Positions 19,126-29,707 are shown, counted from the first letter of the stretch. The stretch is DNA of 29,898 nt from Candidatus Zixiibacteriota bacterium (GCA_041742355.1 JBGSIV010000253.1:1-29898); one strand, 5' to 3'. Notes: generated from the sequence alone by a model not told the origin. Numbers and translations: made by a program.

Positions 19126-20403
19126 TCACGGGCAGCTCAGGCCGATACCACCCCGGAACAACAGGTCCACCACCCGAACCACATCGACAACAGAAATTCT
19201 GCCGTCGTAGTTGAGATCCATCTCAGTGAGGCACAGCGGCGGGTTTCCACCTTTGAACAGGTAGTTCACGAAACCCGTTAGGTCGGTGACACTCAGGCCG
19301 CCGTCGTGATAGAAATCCCCCATTACGCGGCAACACGCACACCCCTCGGAGAAAGCGCCGATGAGCTGGCTGCACGGACTGCTTTCGGGAGAACAGGGGG
19401 ACGAATCGCTTAACCCGTAGTTGCCCGAGCTGGCGTTGCAGAACTTCGGGTCAAGCTCGATGTTGCCGGTGGTATCGATGGCTTCGGCCGAGAAGGAGAA
19501 ATTCCCACCGGCGTTCTGGTGGAGATCATTGCACGTGACCACATGCCCAAAGGGCGAAGAGCACGACAGACCACGGCCCTGATTACCGGCGAATATGTTG
19601 CGGGAAATCGTGATCGTATCATCCGCAAGCGCCGTACTGAAACCGGCCTTAGCCCAATCCCAGGTCGAAGTCATACCGGTGCCGTTGCCAACAAACGTGC
19701 AGTTTTCGACGAGAAACCTCGTGGCACTCATCATGGGCATGTAGAAGACCCCTGAACCGGCGTTGCCGGTGAACAAGGTCCTCGTAACAGCGCCGTCGGA
19801 GTACCAGTGCACGTCCACCCCATGAAGGCCACTATTGGAGACGACGCAGGAATCAACAGCGAGGCAGGGGCCCGCGCAGTAGACGCCACGGGAGGTGTTG
19901 CTGTCTATGACGCAGGCGACGATGAACAGCGTGTCGGCGGCGGAATTTCCTCCCATCGCGTAGATCCCGGTGCCGTGGTTGCCGATGACACGGCAGTTGC
20001 GAACGGTAGGTGCTACTCCGTTGAACCAAAGCATCCCGTTGTCGTAGTACGGGGCAGTAGCATAACCATGGGTAAAGGTGAGTCCATCGATGAGAACGCT
20101 GTTCCCCTCGGTGCCATGCAGGTAGATAGCGAGGTGCGGCTCGGCCTCGGATCCCCCAAGGTCGAGAATTGTCACGTAAGGTCCGCTCGACCCGACCAGT
20201 GACACGGTTTTGCCAAGGAAATCCAAATCGCGGTTGCCATCGCCGGTGTAGGTTCCAGGCGCAACCAGAACCGTGTCGCCGTCCGACGCGGCGTTTATCC
20301 CCGCTTGAATGGTGGGTTGATCACCCGGGACGTTAATGGTGGCGGCTGACGACGTCAGCGTGAGCAGAGAGACTGCGGCGGCACACAGGCACAAGCTCTT
20401 CAT
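19126..20403 (-). CDS. Secreted right-handed beta-helix protein with C-terminal dockerin-like domain
   Basis: ATG 20403 with AGGAG RBS and a signal peptide. ATINVPGDQPTIQAGINAASDGDTVLVAPGTY, beta-helix repeats (NCTFVGN), DPKFC...SPC, then CCRVMGD.YHDG..SVTDL...YLF.GG..P...EMDLNYDG.ISVVD. Confidence 0.85.
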   Translation of the reverse strand: MKSLCLCAAAVSLLTLTSSAATINVPGDQPTIQAGINAASDGDTVLVAPGTYTGDGNRDLDFLGKTVSLVGSSGPYVTILDLGGSEAEPHLAIYLHGTEGNSVLIDGLTFTHGYATAPYYDNGMLWFNGVAPTVRNCRVIGNHGTGIYAMGGNSAADTLFIVACVIDSNTSRGVYCAGPCLAVDSCVVSNSGLHGVDVHWYSDGAVTRTLFTGNAGSGVFYMPMMSATRFLVENCTFVGNGTGMTSTWDWAKAGFSTALADDTITISRNIFAGNQGRGLSCSSPFGHVVTCNDLHQNAGGNFSFSAEAIDTTGNIELDPKFCNASSGNYGLSDSSPCSPESSPCSQLIGAFSEGCACCRVMGDFYHDGGLSVTDLTGFVNYLFKGGNPPLCLTEMDLNYDGRISVVDVVRVVDLLFRGGIGLSCP

Positions 20404-20476
20404 ACAGCACTCCTGTCCGGATTGACCAGGGAAACACCTAGTCAAAGATGTACTAGAACGACCGTTCTGTCAATGA

Positions 20477-22606
<2,130 letters not shown>

Positions 22607-22610
<4 letters not shown>

Positions 22611-22879
22611 TCACCGCGACGGCGACCATTGTCAACAAGCTGGGCCTGCATGCGCGGCCGTCGGCAATGCTGGTGACGACAGCGGCGCGGTTTGCTTCCG
22701 AGGTGTGGTTCACGAAGGAATCGCTGCGGGTGAACGGGAAGTCGATCATGGGAGTGATGATGCTGGCCGCCGAGAAAGGCGCGCAGCTGCTTGTCGAGGT
22801 CGATGGCCCCGACGAAACCGAAGCGCTGCAAGCGATTCTGAAGGTTATCGAGACGGGGTTCGGGGAACGGCTCGACTGA
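22607..22879 (+). CDS. ptsH: Phosphocarrier protein HPr
   Basis: GLHARP (His15) and NGKSIMGVMML (Ser46). ATGA overlap with dprA. Confidence 0.95.
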
Positions 22880-22887
22880 TATTCCGC

Positions 22888-22917
22888 TTGCCTTTGTTTT
22901 AGGATCCCCCCTATACT
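22888..22917 (+). promoter_or_regulatory. Possible internal promoter for ptsI
   Basis: TTGCCT (22888-22893) - N18 - TATACT (22912-22917). Confidence 0.4.
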
Positions 22918-22951
22918 TGATGGTTGTCTCGGAAAGGGGACGTATTTCGGC

Positions 22952-24691
22952 ATGTCTGACAGAGAGCAGATCATAAGCGGAGTGTCAATCTCCAGCGGAA
23001 TCGTCCTCGGTACGACCCGGGTGGTCATGCCCGGAGATGTCCAGGTGTCCGAAGAACCGGTGCCGGCATCACGCGTGCCGGGGGAAATCGAGGCCCTGGA
23101 GAAGGCCGTTGAGGAGACACTGGCGGAGCTGCGCGAGGTTCACCAGGCGGCTATCCGCAAGATGGGCGGCCCGGTCGCGAAGATTTTCGATGCACAGCTG
23201 CTGATCGCCGGGGACCGTGAGTTCCTCAAAACGGTCAAGGCGGAAATCGAGCGCCGCCGCATGAATGCCGGATTCGTCTACCACGCGATGGTGCAGAAAG
23301 CGGTTGTGCCGCTGAAGCGGTCGCCCGAGCGGTATATGCGCCAGACGGCGCAGGATATCGAGTCGGTGGCCGCCAAGGTGCTGGTGCGGTTGTCGGGCGG
23401 ATCGGATCTGTCGAAGCGCCTGCCCCCGAACACGGTGGTGGTCGGCAAGACCTTCTCGCCGAATGATATTCTCGCCTACCGCGAGCGCAAGGCAATCGGG
23501 TTCATCGTGAGCGAAGGGGGCACCGAGTCCCACATGGCGCTCATCGCCCGGTCGCTCATGCTGCCGGTGATTCTCTCCGAGGATGCCTGGCGGTTGGTGT
23601 CCAACAACGTTCCGGTCATTGTCGATGGTGTCGCCGGGCACGTGATCGTGAATCCGTCGGAGTCGACCTGGGGCGAGTATCAGCGCCGCAAGCGGCGGCT
23701 CGGCCCGCCGCTGGTGACGCGGATCAAGAAGTTGACCAAGATTCCGCCGGTGACGGCAGACGGCGTGCCGGTGCATATCGGCGCCAATCTGACGCTGCCG
23801 GGGCCGGCCGATGAGATCCTGGCGCAGCAGCACATCGGAGTCGGGTTATACCGGACGGAGTTCCTGTACCTGGCGAACTCGGCCTTTCCGGACGAGGAAG
23901 TCCAGTACGAGCACTACCGCCGGATCGCGGAGACGTTCGGCGATTCGCCGGTGGTGCTGCGCACGTTCGACCTCGGCGGGGACAAGCTGTCCAACGGGGA
24001 TGATTTCCCGGCGGAGGACAATCCGGCGCTCGGCCTGCGCGGGATGCGGGCGATGCTGGAGATGCGGGACGTGTTCCGCACCCAGGTGCGGGCGATCCTG
24101 CGGGCATCGGCCCACGGCAATGTGCGGATGCTGCTGCCCATGATCACCGACATTTCCGAGGTGGAGCGGGCCAAGAAGATAATCTCGCAGGAGAAGCTGA
24201 AGCTCCGGCAGGAGAAGAAGAAGTTTGCGGAGGATATGCAGGTCGGAATCATGATCGAGGTGCCCTCGGCGGCGATGACGGCGGAGACGCTGACGCGCCG
24301 GGTGGATTTCGTGTCGATCGGGACGAACGACCTGACGCAGTACACGCTGGCGGCGGACCGTATGAACAGCCACGTGGCGCACCTGTATAATGCCTTGCAC
24401 CCGGCGGTGCTCAATCTCGTGTATAAGACGGTGCGAGCGTGCCAGGGGAACAACGTTCCGGTCACCGTCTGCGGGGAGCTGGCCGGGCAGCGCCTGGCGG
24501 TCCCCCTGTTGATCGGGATGGGCGTTGACATGCTTTCGATGGCCCCGGCCCGCATTGTCGACGTCTGCCGGTTCATCAAAAAGATCGACTCCACCCTGGT
24601 GCGACATCTGGTCGGACCGGTCATAGCGAGCGGAACGGTGCAGGCGGTGGTGGATCGTCTGCGTGATTATAGAGAAGCGTTAGAGAAGTAG
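22952..24691 (+). CDS. ptsI: PEP-protein phosphotransferase, PTS enzyme I
   Basis: Phospho-His motif SHMALIARSL, GLYRTEF, RTFDLGGDK, NPALGLRG, MIEVP, SIGTNDLTQY, VCGE. Confidence 0.95.
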   Translation: MSDREQIISGVSISSGIVLGTTRVVMPGDVQVSEEPVPASRVPGEIEALEKAVEETLAELREVHQAAIRKMGGPVAKIFDAQLLIAGDREFLKTVKAEIERRRMNAGFVYHAMVQKAVVPLKRSPERYMRQTAQDIESVAAKVLVRLSGGSDLSKRLPPNTVVVGKTFSPNDILAYRERKAIGFIVSEGGTESHMALIARSLMLPVILSEDAWRLVSNNVPVIVDGVAGHVIVNPSESTWGEYQRRKRRLGPPLVTRIKKLTKIPPVTADGVPVHIGANLTLPGPADEILAQQHIGVGLYRTEFLYLANSAFPDEEVQYEHYRRIAETFGDSPVVLRTFDLGGDKLSNGDDFPAEDNPALGLRGMRAMLEMRDVFRTQVRAILRASAHGNVRMLLPMITDISEVERAKKIISQEKLKLRQEKKKFAEDMQVGIMIEVPSAAMTAETLTRRVDFVSIGTNDLTQYTLAADRMNSHVAHLYNALHPAVLNLVYKTVRACQGNNVPVTVCGELAGQRLAVPLLIGMGVDMLSMAPARIVDVCRFIKKIDSTLVRHLVGPVIASGTVQAVVDRLRDYREALEK

Positions 24692-24723
24692 GACAACACT
24701 ATAGCTCGAGAGGACAGCTAACC

Positions 24724-25800
24724 GTGAATATCCTTGATGATATAGAACAGATACGAGCCCATGACCCGGAGAACATGTACAACCGGGTGTTCGATTTTCC
24801 GGAACAGCTGACCGAGGCGATGAAGATCGGCAAGGCCTGGAAGTTCGACCCGAACGCCTTCTCGGGCATCAAGAACATCGTGACGGTCGGCATGGGCGGG
24901 TCGGGAATCGGCGGGGCACTCATGCGCAGCTATATGCGCACGAAGCTGCTCGTGCCGGTCGAGATCTGCCGGACCTACACGCTGCCGGAGTATGTCGACG
25001 ACGAGACGCTGGTGATCGTGTCCTCCTACAGCGGCAACACCGAGGAGACACTCGCTGCGGCCGACGATGCGATCGGGCGCAAGGCGATGATCGCGGCGAT
25101 CGGGACGGGCGGGTTCCTCGAAGAGCTGAGCCGCCTCAACGACATCCCGCTGGCCAAGGTGCCGACGGGCCTTCAGCCGCGCGCGGCGCTGGGCTACCTG
25201 TTCGTGCTCACGATGATCTTCCTGGAGCACATCGGGCAGAACAAGGGGTACTCCAAGGAAATGGAGAAGGTGATCCTCGGCCTGCAGAAGCACCGTGAGA
25301 AGTACATCGAGGACAACTCGACCACGATCAACCCGGCCAAGAACCTGGCGCAGAAGCTGGCGAAGAAGATGGTCGTGATCTACAGCGGACCGACGCTGAC
25401 CGATGCGGTCGCCGACCGCTGGAAGAGCCAGTTCTGCGAGAACGCCAAGACGCTGGCGTGGGCCAACCAGTTCCCGGAGTTCAACCACAACGAGCTGGTC
25501 GGCTGGTCGGAGTCGGTGGAGGAGCACAAGGACCACCTCGCGGTCGTGATCCTGCGCGACCTCGGCGACCACCCGCAGGTGCGCCAGCGGATGAATATCG
25601 TGGGCGAAGTGATCAAGTCGCGCGGGGTGGACGTGACCGACGTGCACACGCGGGGCGAGACACCGCTGGAGCGGATGCTGTCCCTGGTGCAGTTCGGGGA
25701 CTTTGTGTCCTACTACCTCGCGATCCTGAACGACGTGGATCCGACACCGGTGAAGGTGATCGAGACGTTGAAGCGGGCGCTGGCGGAAGCGAAGAAATAG
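24724..25800 (+). CDS. Bifunctional phosphoglucose/phosphomannose isomerase (SIS-domain PGI/PMI)
   Basis: GMGGSGIGG, SSYSGNTEET, QPRAALGY, RWKSQFCENAK, FPEFNHNE, GDFVSYYLA, DPTPV..I..LK. Confidence 0.93.
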   Translation: MNILDDIEQIRAHDPENMYNRVFDFPEQLTEAMKIGKAWKFDPNAFSGIKNIVTVGMGGSGIGGALMRSYMRTKLLVPVEICRTYTLPEYVDDETLVIVSSYSGNTEETLAAADDAIGRKAMIAAIGTGGFLEELSRLNDIPLAKVPTGLQPRAALGYLFVLTMIFLEHIGQNKGYSKEMEKVILGLQKHREKYIEDNSTTINPAKNLAQKLAKKMVVIYSGPTLTDAVADRWKSQFCENAKTLAWANQFPEFNHNELVGWSESVEEHKDHLAVVILRDLGDHPQVRQRMNIVGEVIKSRGVDVTDVHTRGETPLERMLSLVQFGDFVSYYLAILNDVDPTPVKVIETLKRALAEAKK

Positions 25801-25825
25801 GACACGGCAACTCTGGTTTATGCTG

Positions 25826-25856
25826 GCGGGGCTGTTGATGGCCCCGCTTTTCTTTT
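25826..25856 (+). terminator. Intrinsic terminator after PGI/PMI
   Basis: GCGGGGC (25826-25832) / GCCCCGC (25841-25847), followed by TTTTCTTTT. Confidence 0.8.
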
Positions 25857-25888
25857 GGGTTCGTTTGGTGGCCGCAGGGTCACACGCT

Positions 25889-25916
25889 CCGGGGCGGAGG
25901 CAAGCCCCGCCCCTAC
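25889..25916 (-). repeat. GTAG-type REP hairpin
   Basis: Minus strand GTAGGGGCGGGGCTTGCCTCCGCCCCGG. Confidence 0.75.
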
Positions 25917-26141
25917 GCGGGGGAAAGGGCATTGGGTTCGTTTGAGCGCAGCGCGGCCGATGTGGACCTCGGCCGCGCACATGTGCGGCCGCGTACATTC
26001 GCATTTGGATTGGGTTTGTTTGCGCATTTCCATCATTCCTGGTTTACCCTTGTCGTCACCCTTCGACTCCGCTCACAGGCAGCGGCCTGGTTGGGTGACG
26101 GGGGGAGTGGGTTTGTTTGCGCGATGTCGGACTCTCCACGA

Positions 26142-26183
26142 TGTCGGGTTTCTCGGGGCTTCGCCCCTCGGAACCCGACCTAC
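26142..26183 (-). repeat. GTAG-type REP hairpin (long type, copy 1)
   Basis: Minus strand GTAGGTCGGGTTCCGAGGGGCGAAGCCCCGAGAAACCCGACA. Confidence 0.8.
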
Positions 26184-26246
26184 GTCTGGAGTCCGGACCG
26201 GCGGATTGGGTTCGTTTCTGCGTGTGCTCTCTATTCGTTCCTTCTC

Positions 26247-26273
26247 TGTCAGGCTCCAAGGAGCCTGACCTAC
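26247..26273 (-). repeat. GTAG-type REP hairpin (short type, copy 1)
   Basis: Minus strand GTAGGTCAGGCTCCTTGGAGCCTGACA, a perfect 10-bp stem with a TT loop. Confidence 0.8.
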
Positions 26274-26311
26274 GGGTTGGGTTTGTTTCCGCAGTTCCAA
26301 GGTGGTTGCCA

Positions 26312-26353
26312 TGTCGGGTTTCTCGGCGCGTCGCGCCTCGGAACCCGACCTAC
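26312..26353 (-). repeat. GTAG-type REP hairpin (long type, copy 2)
   Basis: Minus strand GTAGGTCGGGTTCCGAGGCGCGACGCGCCGAGAAACCCGACA, 3 differences from copy 1. Confidence 0.8.
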
Positions 26354-26449
26354 GATTGGGTTCGTTTGCGCGGTTTCGGCAGGTGTGGACATCTGCCATT
26401 CACCTAGTGGGTTTGTCTGCGCCGTTTCTCGTTTCTTTGTTCTTCTCGC

Positions 26450-26476
26450 CGTCAGGCCGCAAGCGGCCTGGCCTAC
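26450..26476 (-). repeat. GTAG-type REP hairpin (short type, copy 2)
   Basis: Minus strand GTAGGCCAGGCCGCTTGCGGCCTGACG. Confidence 0.75.
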
Positions 26477-26643
26477 ATCTCCCTATGAATTGGGTTCGTT
26501 TGGTAGTCCCGGCATACGGTAGAGTCAGGCTTGACTGGACCCCGGGCCAAGCCCGGGGTGACAGAAAGGGGAATTGGGTTCGTTTGCGCAGTTTCCCCTG
26601 TGTGTTCATAGCTCCCCGCTGTCTTTCCATGCATGCCTCACAG

Positions 26644-26758
26644 TCCCCTTGCCGACACATTGCCTCTCCCCTTGCCGACACATCGCCTCTCCCCTTGCCG
26701 ACACATTGCCTCTCCCCTTGCCGGCACACAGCCTCTCCCCTTGCCGACACATTGCCTC
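26644..26758. repeat. Tandem repeat, 5 x 23 bp
   Basis: TCCCCTTGCCGACACATTGCCTC at 26644, 26667, 26690, 26713 and 26736. Copies 1, 3 and 5 are identical, copy 2 has 1 change and copy 4 has 3. Confidence 0.95.
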
Positions 26759-27224
26759 ATAGCTTCCGTACACTCTGTCTTATACTTACTGTGGACCATG
26801 GGGCAATCTCCATCAGTTTGCCGGTGATTTTGCGGAAAGGGCTTTGGCCTGCAACAGGGTCGGATTTGGCGACAGATTTCGGGAGGGAAAGGACAACCGC
26901 GACAGTGAGTAGTTCGGATGATTCGGAAATGGAGCCTCTCCGGTCGTTGACGAGGCGGTTTCGGCGAGTTCCATAATGAACCGGAGAAACAGGGACAAAC
27001 GCCCCTTTTTTTGTGCAAGTTTAATCATTGCTGAGGGTTAAGAGTCAGATGCGAACTTCCGAAAGGTAGAGTACCGGCTCTGCCTTTGGAATTTATGTTG
27101 AAGGCGGAGCAGCATTCCCCCTCCTTGAAGGCCGGGCAGGTCTTTGCCGCAAGGGGTTCTTCGAGGCGGGGGCGCCACACTGGCAACAAGATGGTGCAAC
27201 TTGGACATAAACAGGAGTAGTTTC

Positions 27225-29375
27225 ATGAAGCATTGCAAATGGAATGGCATACGCACTGGAATCGGCATGCTGGTCGTTTTCGGTGTGCTGGGGATGCTGT
27301 TGCTGGCGGCAAGTCCGTCGCGGGCGTCGGTCAGCTGGATCGACTTCGCTGTCAACGGCGACACGACGGCGACAAGCATGGTGCAGGGGGATGAGTTGTC
27401 GTGGGGAAGCGATTGCGCGGTCGGGGCGTCGATGTTTTGGGAGATCTGGTACGACGTGGATATGAGCGGCGATATCGATGAGTTGATCGACGCATCGATA
27501 GTGGGCTTCCAGGTTGCGGACGGCGACACGAATTCGGACGGCCCGCCGCCCGATATCGATCCGGTGCCCGATGGGATTTACTGGTCGGCGCCGATGATGC
27601 TGGGAATTCCGGCGGGCGACTATGTTTTCCGGGTGACTGATCTGAGCGATGCTTCGCAATCGTGGCAGACGGTGACGGTGACGGCGCTTCCATCGCCGCC
27701 AAACACCTTTGTCGGCCGGATCGTGCTGCCTGAGACGGAGCCGCCGGATGCGGCGCTGGCGTACCTCTGGGTTGAGGCCGCGTATGACTACGGCGCTCAG
27801 ATGTGGGCGGCGTTTACGGATGATTCCGGGAAGTTCGAGATCAATGTGAGTAATTCCGGCACGGGGCTGATGTTCGATATCGAAACGCCGGATGTTTCGG
27901 GGTTCACGACGCCGGCCCAGAAGCAGTTTGAAGCGAACGGGGTGGTAGATGTCGGGGACTTCATCTACGAGGTTCCGTCGGACAGCGTCTACGGCACGGT
28001 GACCGACGACAACGGCGACCCAATTCCGTATTGCTACGTGTACGCGTACGTGGAGGGGGGCGGCCAGAACAAGGACGTGGAAGCATCGGATGGTGAGTAT
28101 GTCATGTATTTCACTCCGTCGGAAGCCGGCACATGGCAGCTGGGCGTGAGCACAGACATGCTGATTCCGAACTATGTGGTACCGCAGGGGGTCGAGATAA
28201 CGGTTGGCGGCGGGACAGGGATCGAGCAGAATCTTGTGTGCCCGATAGCGGACCAGGAGATCTACGTGCTGGTTACCGAGAACGGGGGGAATCCCGAGCA
28301 CAGCTACCTGTTCGATGCCAACTGCCCGGCAAGCGGATATTTCACGCGCACGGTCACGGACACGGGCAGCGCCAACGTGGGAGTACTCCATACTTCGTCG
28401 GCGTGCGGCAGCGGCTGGTGGGTCAACGTACAGACATGGGATTCCGCTTACCAGATTCCCCCCGGGTATTTCGTCGAGGATCCGCCGTCAGGGTTGTACT
28501 ATGCCGGTGACACGGTGTACCTGAATTTCATTGAAGGCGCAACTGTGCGGGACACGATCAAGGTGGATCCGGGGGATTCGATTCCCTATATGAGTTCAGT
28601 CTGGATTAACCTCAGTCAGGGCGGGTACGTGCCCTACTACGGCCATCCGGACGAGTCCGGTGTGTATCAGATCACGGCTGCGGTTGGAACCTACACGCTG
28701 ACGGCATCGGCGAATGGGTACTATTCGGTACCGACGTATCGTCAGTTAACGCTGGCGGCCGATACGACCGGCAATTTGGGGTTCACGTTGAACCGCGCCC
28801 ACTGCCGCATCAGCGGCCAATTGCAGGGGGTGCCGCTGCCGTTGTCGGGGCATATCTACGTGGTGGTGGCGAGCACGACGATCGCGCTGGCGGCAACCGT
28901 GGACACGATGACCGGGACTTTCGGAGTCGATGTGTTCGACGCCAACTGGACGCTGACGCCGCCGAGCATCGACGGGTACAGCCTGCCGGACACGATGCAG
29001 TTCGCGATCGGGGAGATCCCGGACACGTCGAGGACGGCGAATTTCTCTTATTCGCCGGTACTGGATGTCGACGGCGACGGGCCGGAGGGTCTGCCGGGAG
29101 ATTTCCGGCTGAACCAGAATCGGCCGAACCCGTTCAATCCGACGACCCTGATCGAGTACGATGTGCCACGCAGCGCACCGGTAACGGTGGCGGTGTACAA
29201 CCTCCTGGGCCAGCATGTGAAGACGCTAGTCGATGAGGTGAAGGGGGCCGGGACGCACACGGTCGAGTGGAATGGGACGGATGGCTCGGGGCATGCGGTG
29301 GCGAGCGGGATTTATTTGTACCGCTTAAATGCAGACGGATTCACGCAGACGAAGAAGATGCTGCTGATGAAGTAG
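27225..29375 (+). CDS. Secreted multi-beta-sandwich protein (carboxypeptidase-regulatory-like repeats) with C-terminal FlgD-Ig/T9SS type A-like domain
   Basis: ATG 27225 with AGGAG RBS and a signal peptide ending ASPSRA. Repeats such as VYGTVTDDNGDPIP and GTYTLTASANGY. C-terminus LPGDFRLNQNRPNPFNPTT.I.Y....YNLLGQ.VKTL...WNGTD..G..VASGIYLYRL...TKKMLLMK. Confidence 0.88.
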   Translation: MKHCKWNGIRTGIGMLVVFGVLGMLLLAASPSRASVSWIDFAVNGDTTATSMVQGDELSWGSDCAVGASMFWEIWYDVDMSGDIDELIDASIVGFQVADGDTNSDGPPPDIDPVPDGIYWSAPMMLGIPAGDYVFRVTDLSDASQSWQTVTVTALPSPPNTFVGRIVLPETEPPDAALAYLWVEAAYDYGAQMWAAFTDDSGKFEINVSNSGTGLMFDIETPDVSGFTTPAQKQFEANGVVDVGDFIYEVPSDSVYGTVTDDNGDPIPYCYVYAYVEGGGQNKDVEASDGEYVMYFTPSEAGTWQLGVSTDMLIPNYVVPQGVEITVGGGTGIEQNLVCPIADQEIYVLVTENGGNPEHSYLFDANCPASGYFTRTVTDTGSANVGVLHTSSACGSGWWVNVQTWDSAYQIPPGYFVEDPPSGLYYAGDTVYLNFIEGATVRDTIKVDPGDSIPYMSSVWINLSQGGYVPYYGHPDESGVYQITAAVGTYTLTASANGYYSVPTYRQLTLAADTTGNLGFTLNRAHCRISGQLQGVPLPLSGHIYVVVASTTIALAATVDTMTGTFGVDVFDANWTLTPPSIDGYSLPDTMQFAIGEIPDTSRTANFSYSPVLDVDGDGPEGLPGDFRLNQNRPNPFNPTTLIEYDVPRSAPVTVAVYNLLGQHVKTLVDEVKGAGTHTVEWNGTDGSGHAVASGIYLYRLNADGFTQTKKMLLMK

Positions 29376-29402
29376 GACCGCAGTGCATGTGAATTCTCTT
29401 AT

Positions 29403-29436
29403 GGGGAGAGGCCGGTTGGCCTCTCCCCTTTTCTTT
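29403..29436 (+). terminator. Intrinsic terminator
   Basis: GGGGAGAGGCC (29403-29413) / GGCCTCTCCCC (29418-29428), then TTTTCTTT. Confidence 0.85.
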
Positions 29437-29463
29437 GTATATTGGGGGAGAACAGGAGGATGA

Positions 29464-29676
29464 ATGGTAACAGCGGAAACGAAAGTTGACGAAATGGTGG
29501 AGGCGTGGCCGGAGACGGTGTCGTTCCTGCTTCGTCGGGGGTTGCCGTGTGTGGTGTGCGGGGAACCGTTCTGGGGAAGGCTGCGGGAGTTGTGTGAGCA
29601 GAAGGGGTGGGGGGAGGAGAAGATAGCGGAGTTGGTGCGGGAGTTTAATGAGGAGGTGTCGGGCGGGGGCGTGTGA
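29464..29676 (+). CDS. DUF1858-family small protein (CxxC)
   Basis: VTAETKVDEMVEAWPETVSFLLRRGLPCVVCGEPFWG.L.E...KG. AGGAGG RBS. Confidence 0.8.
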   Translation: MVTAETKVDEMVEAWPETVSFLLRRGLPCVVCGEPFWGRLRELCEQKGWGEEKIAELVREFNEEVSGGGV

Positions 29677-29707
29677 GACCACGACCAGGAGGCACGAAGC
29701 AATGGAG

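Larger units (their letters stand above)
25855..26590. repeat. Array of 10 co-oriented 13-bp motifs (KTGGGTTYGTYTS) interspaced with diverse REP-like hairpins
   Basis: Motif starts at 25855, 25932, 26010, 26107, 26206, 26277, 26356, 26407, 26490 and 26574. Each of the 9 intervals holds a GC-rich inverted repeat. Confidence 0.9.

Noticed and set aside
24718..26004. 428-aa minus-strand ORF (also 16588-17955, 27093-28391 and 2839-3804)
   Set aside because: Antisense shadows of clearly identifiable plus-strand genes, with no motifs of their own.
25855..26590. CRISPR array interpretation
   Set aside because: The repeat is only about 13-17 bp and degenerate, spacing varies from 51 to 99 bp, the spacers are themselves related hairpins, and no cas genes are present.
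26644..26758. 23-bp repeats as a mini-CRISPR
   Set aside because: Copies are directly head-to-tail with no spacers.
25818..27028. Multiple overlapping ORFs with LGSF/GFV/NEPN/KRTQ and SPLADT/SPCRH peptide repeats
   Set aside because: These peptides are translations of the DNA repeats in every frame. There is no RBS-supported, family-like ORF.
27050..27075. c-di-GMP-I riboswitch (GAAA tetraloop)
   Set aside because: The expected GGCAAA/GYAA lead-in and GACGCAAAG junction are not present.
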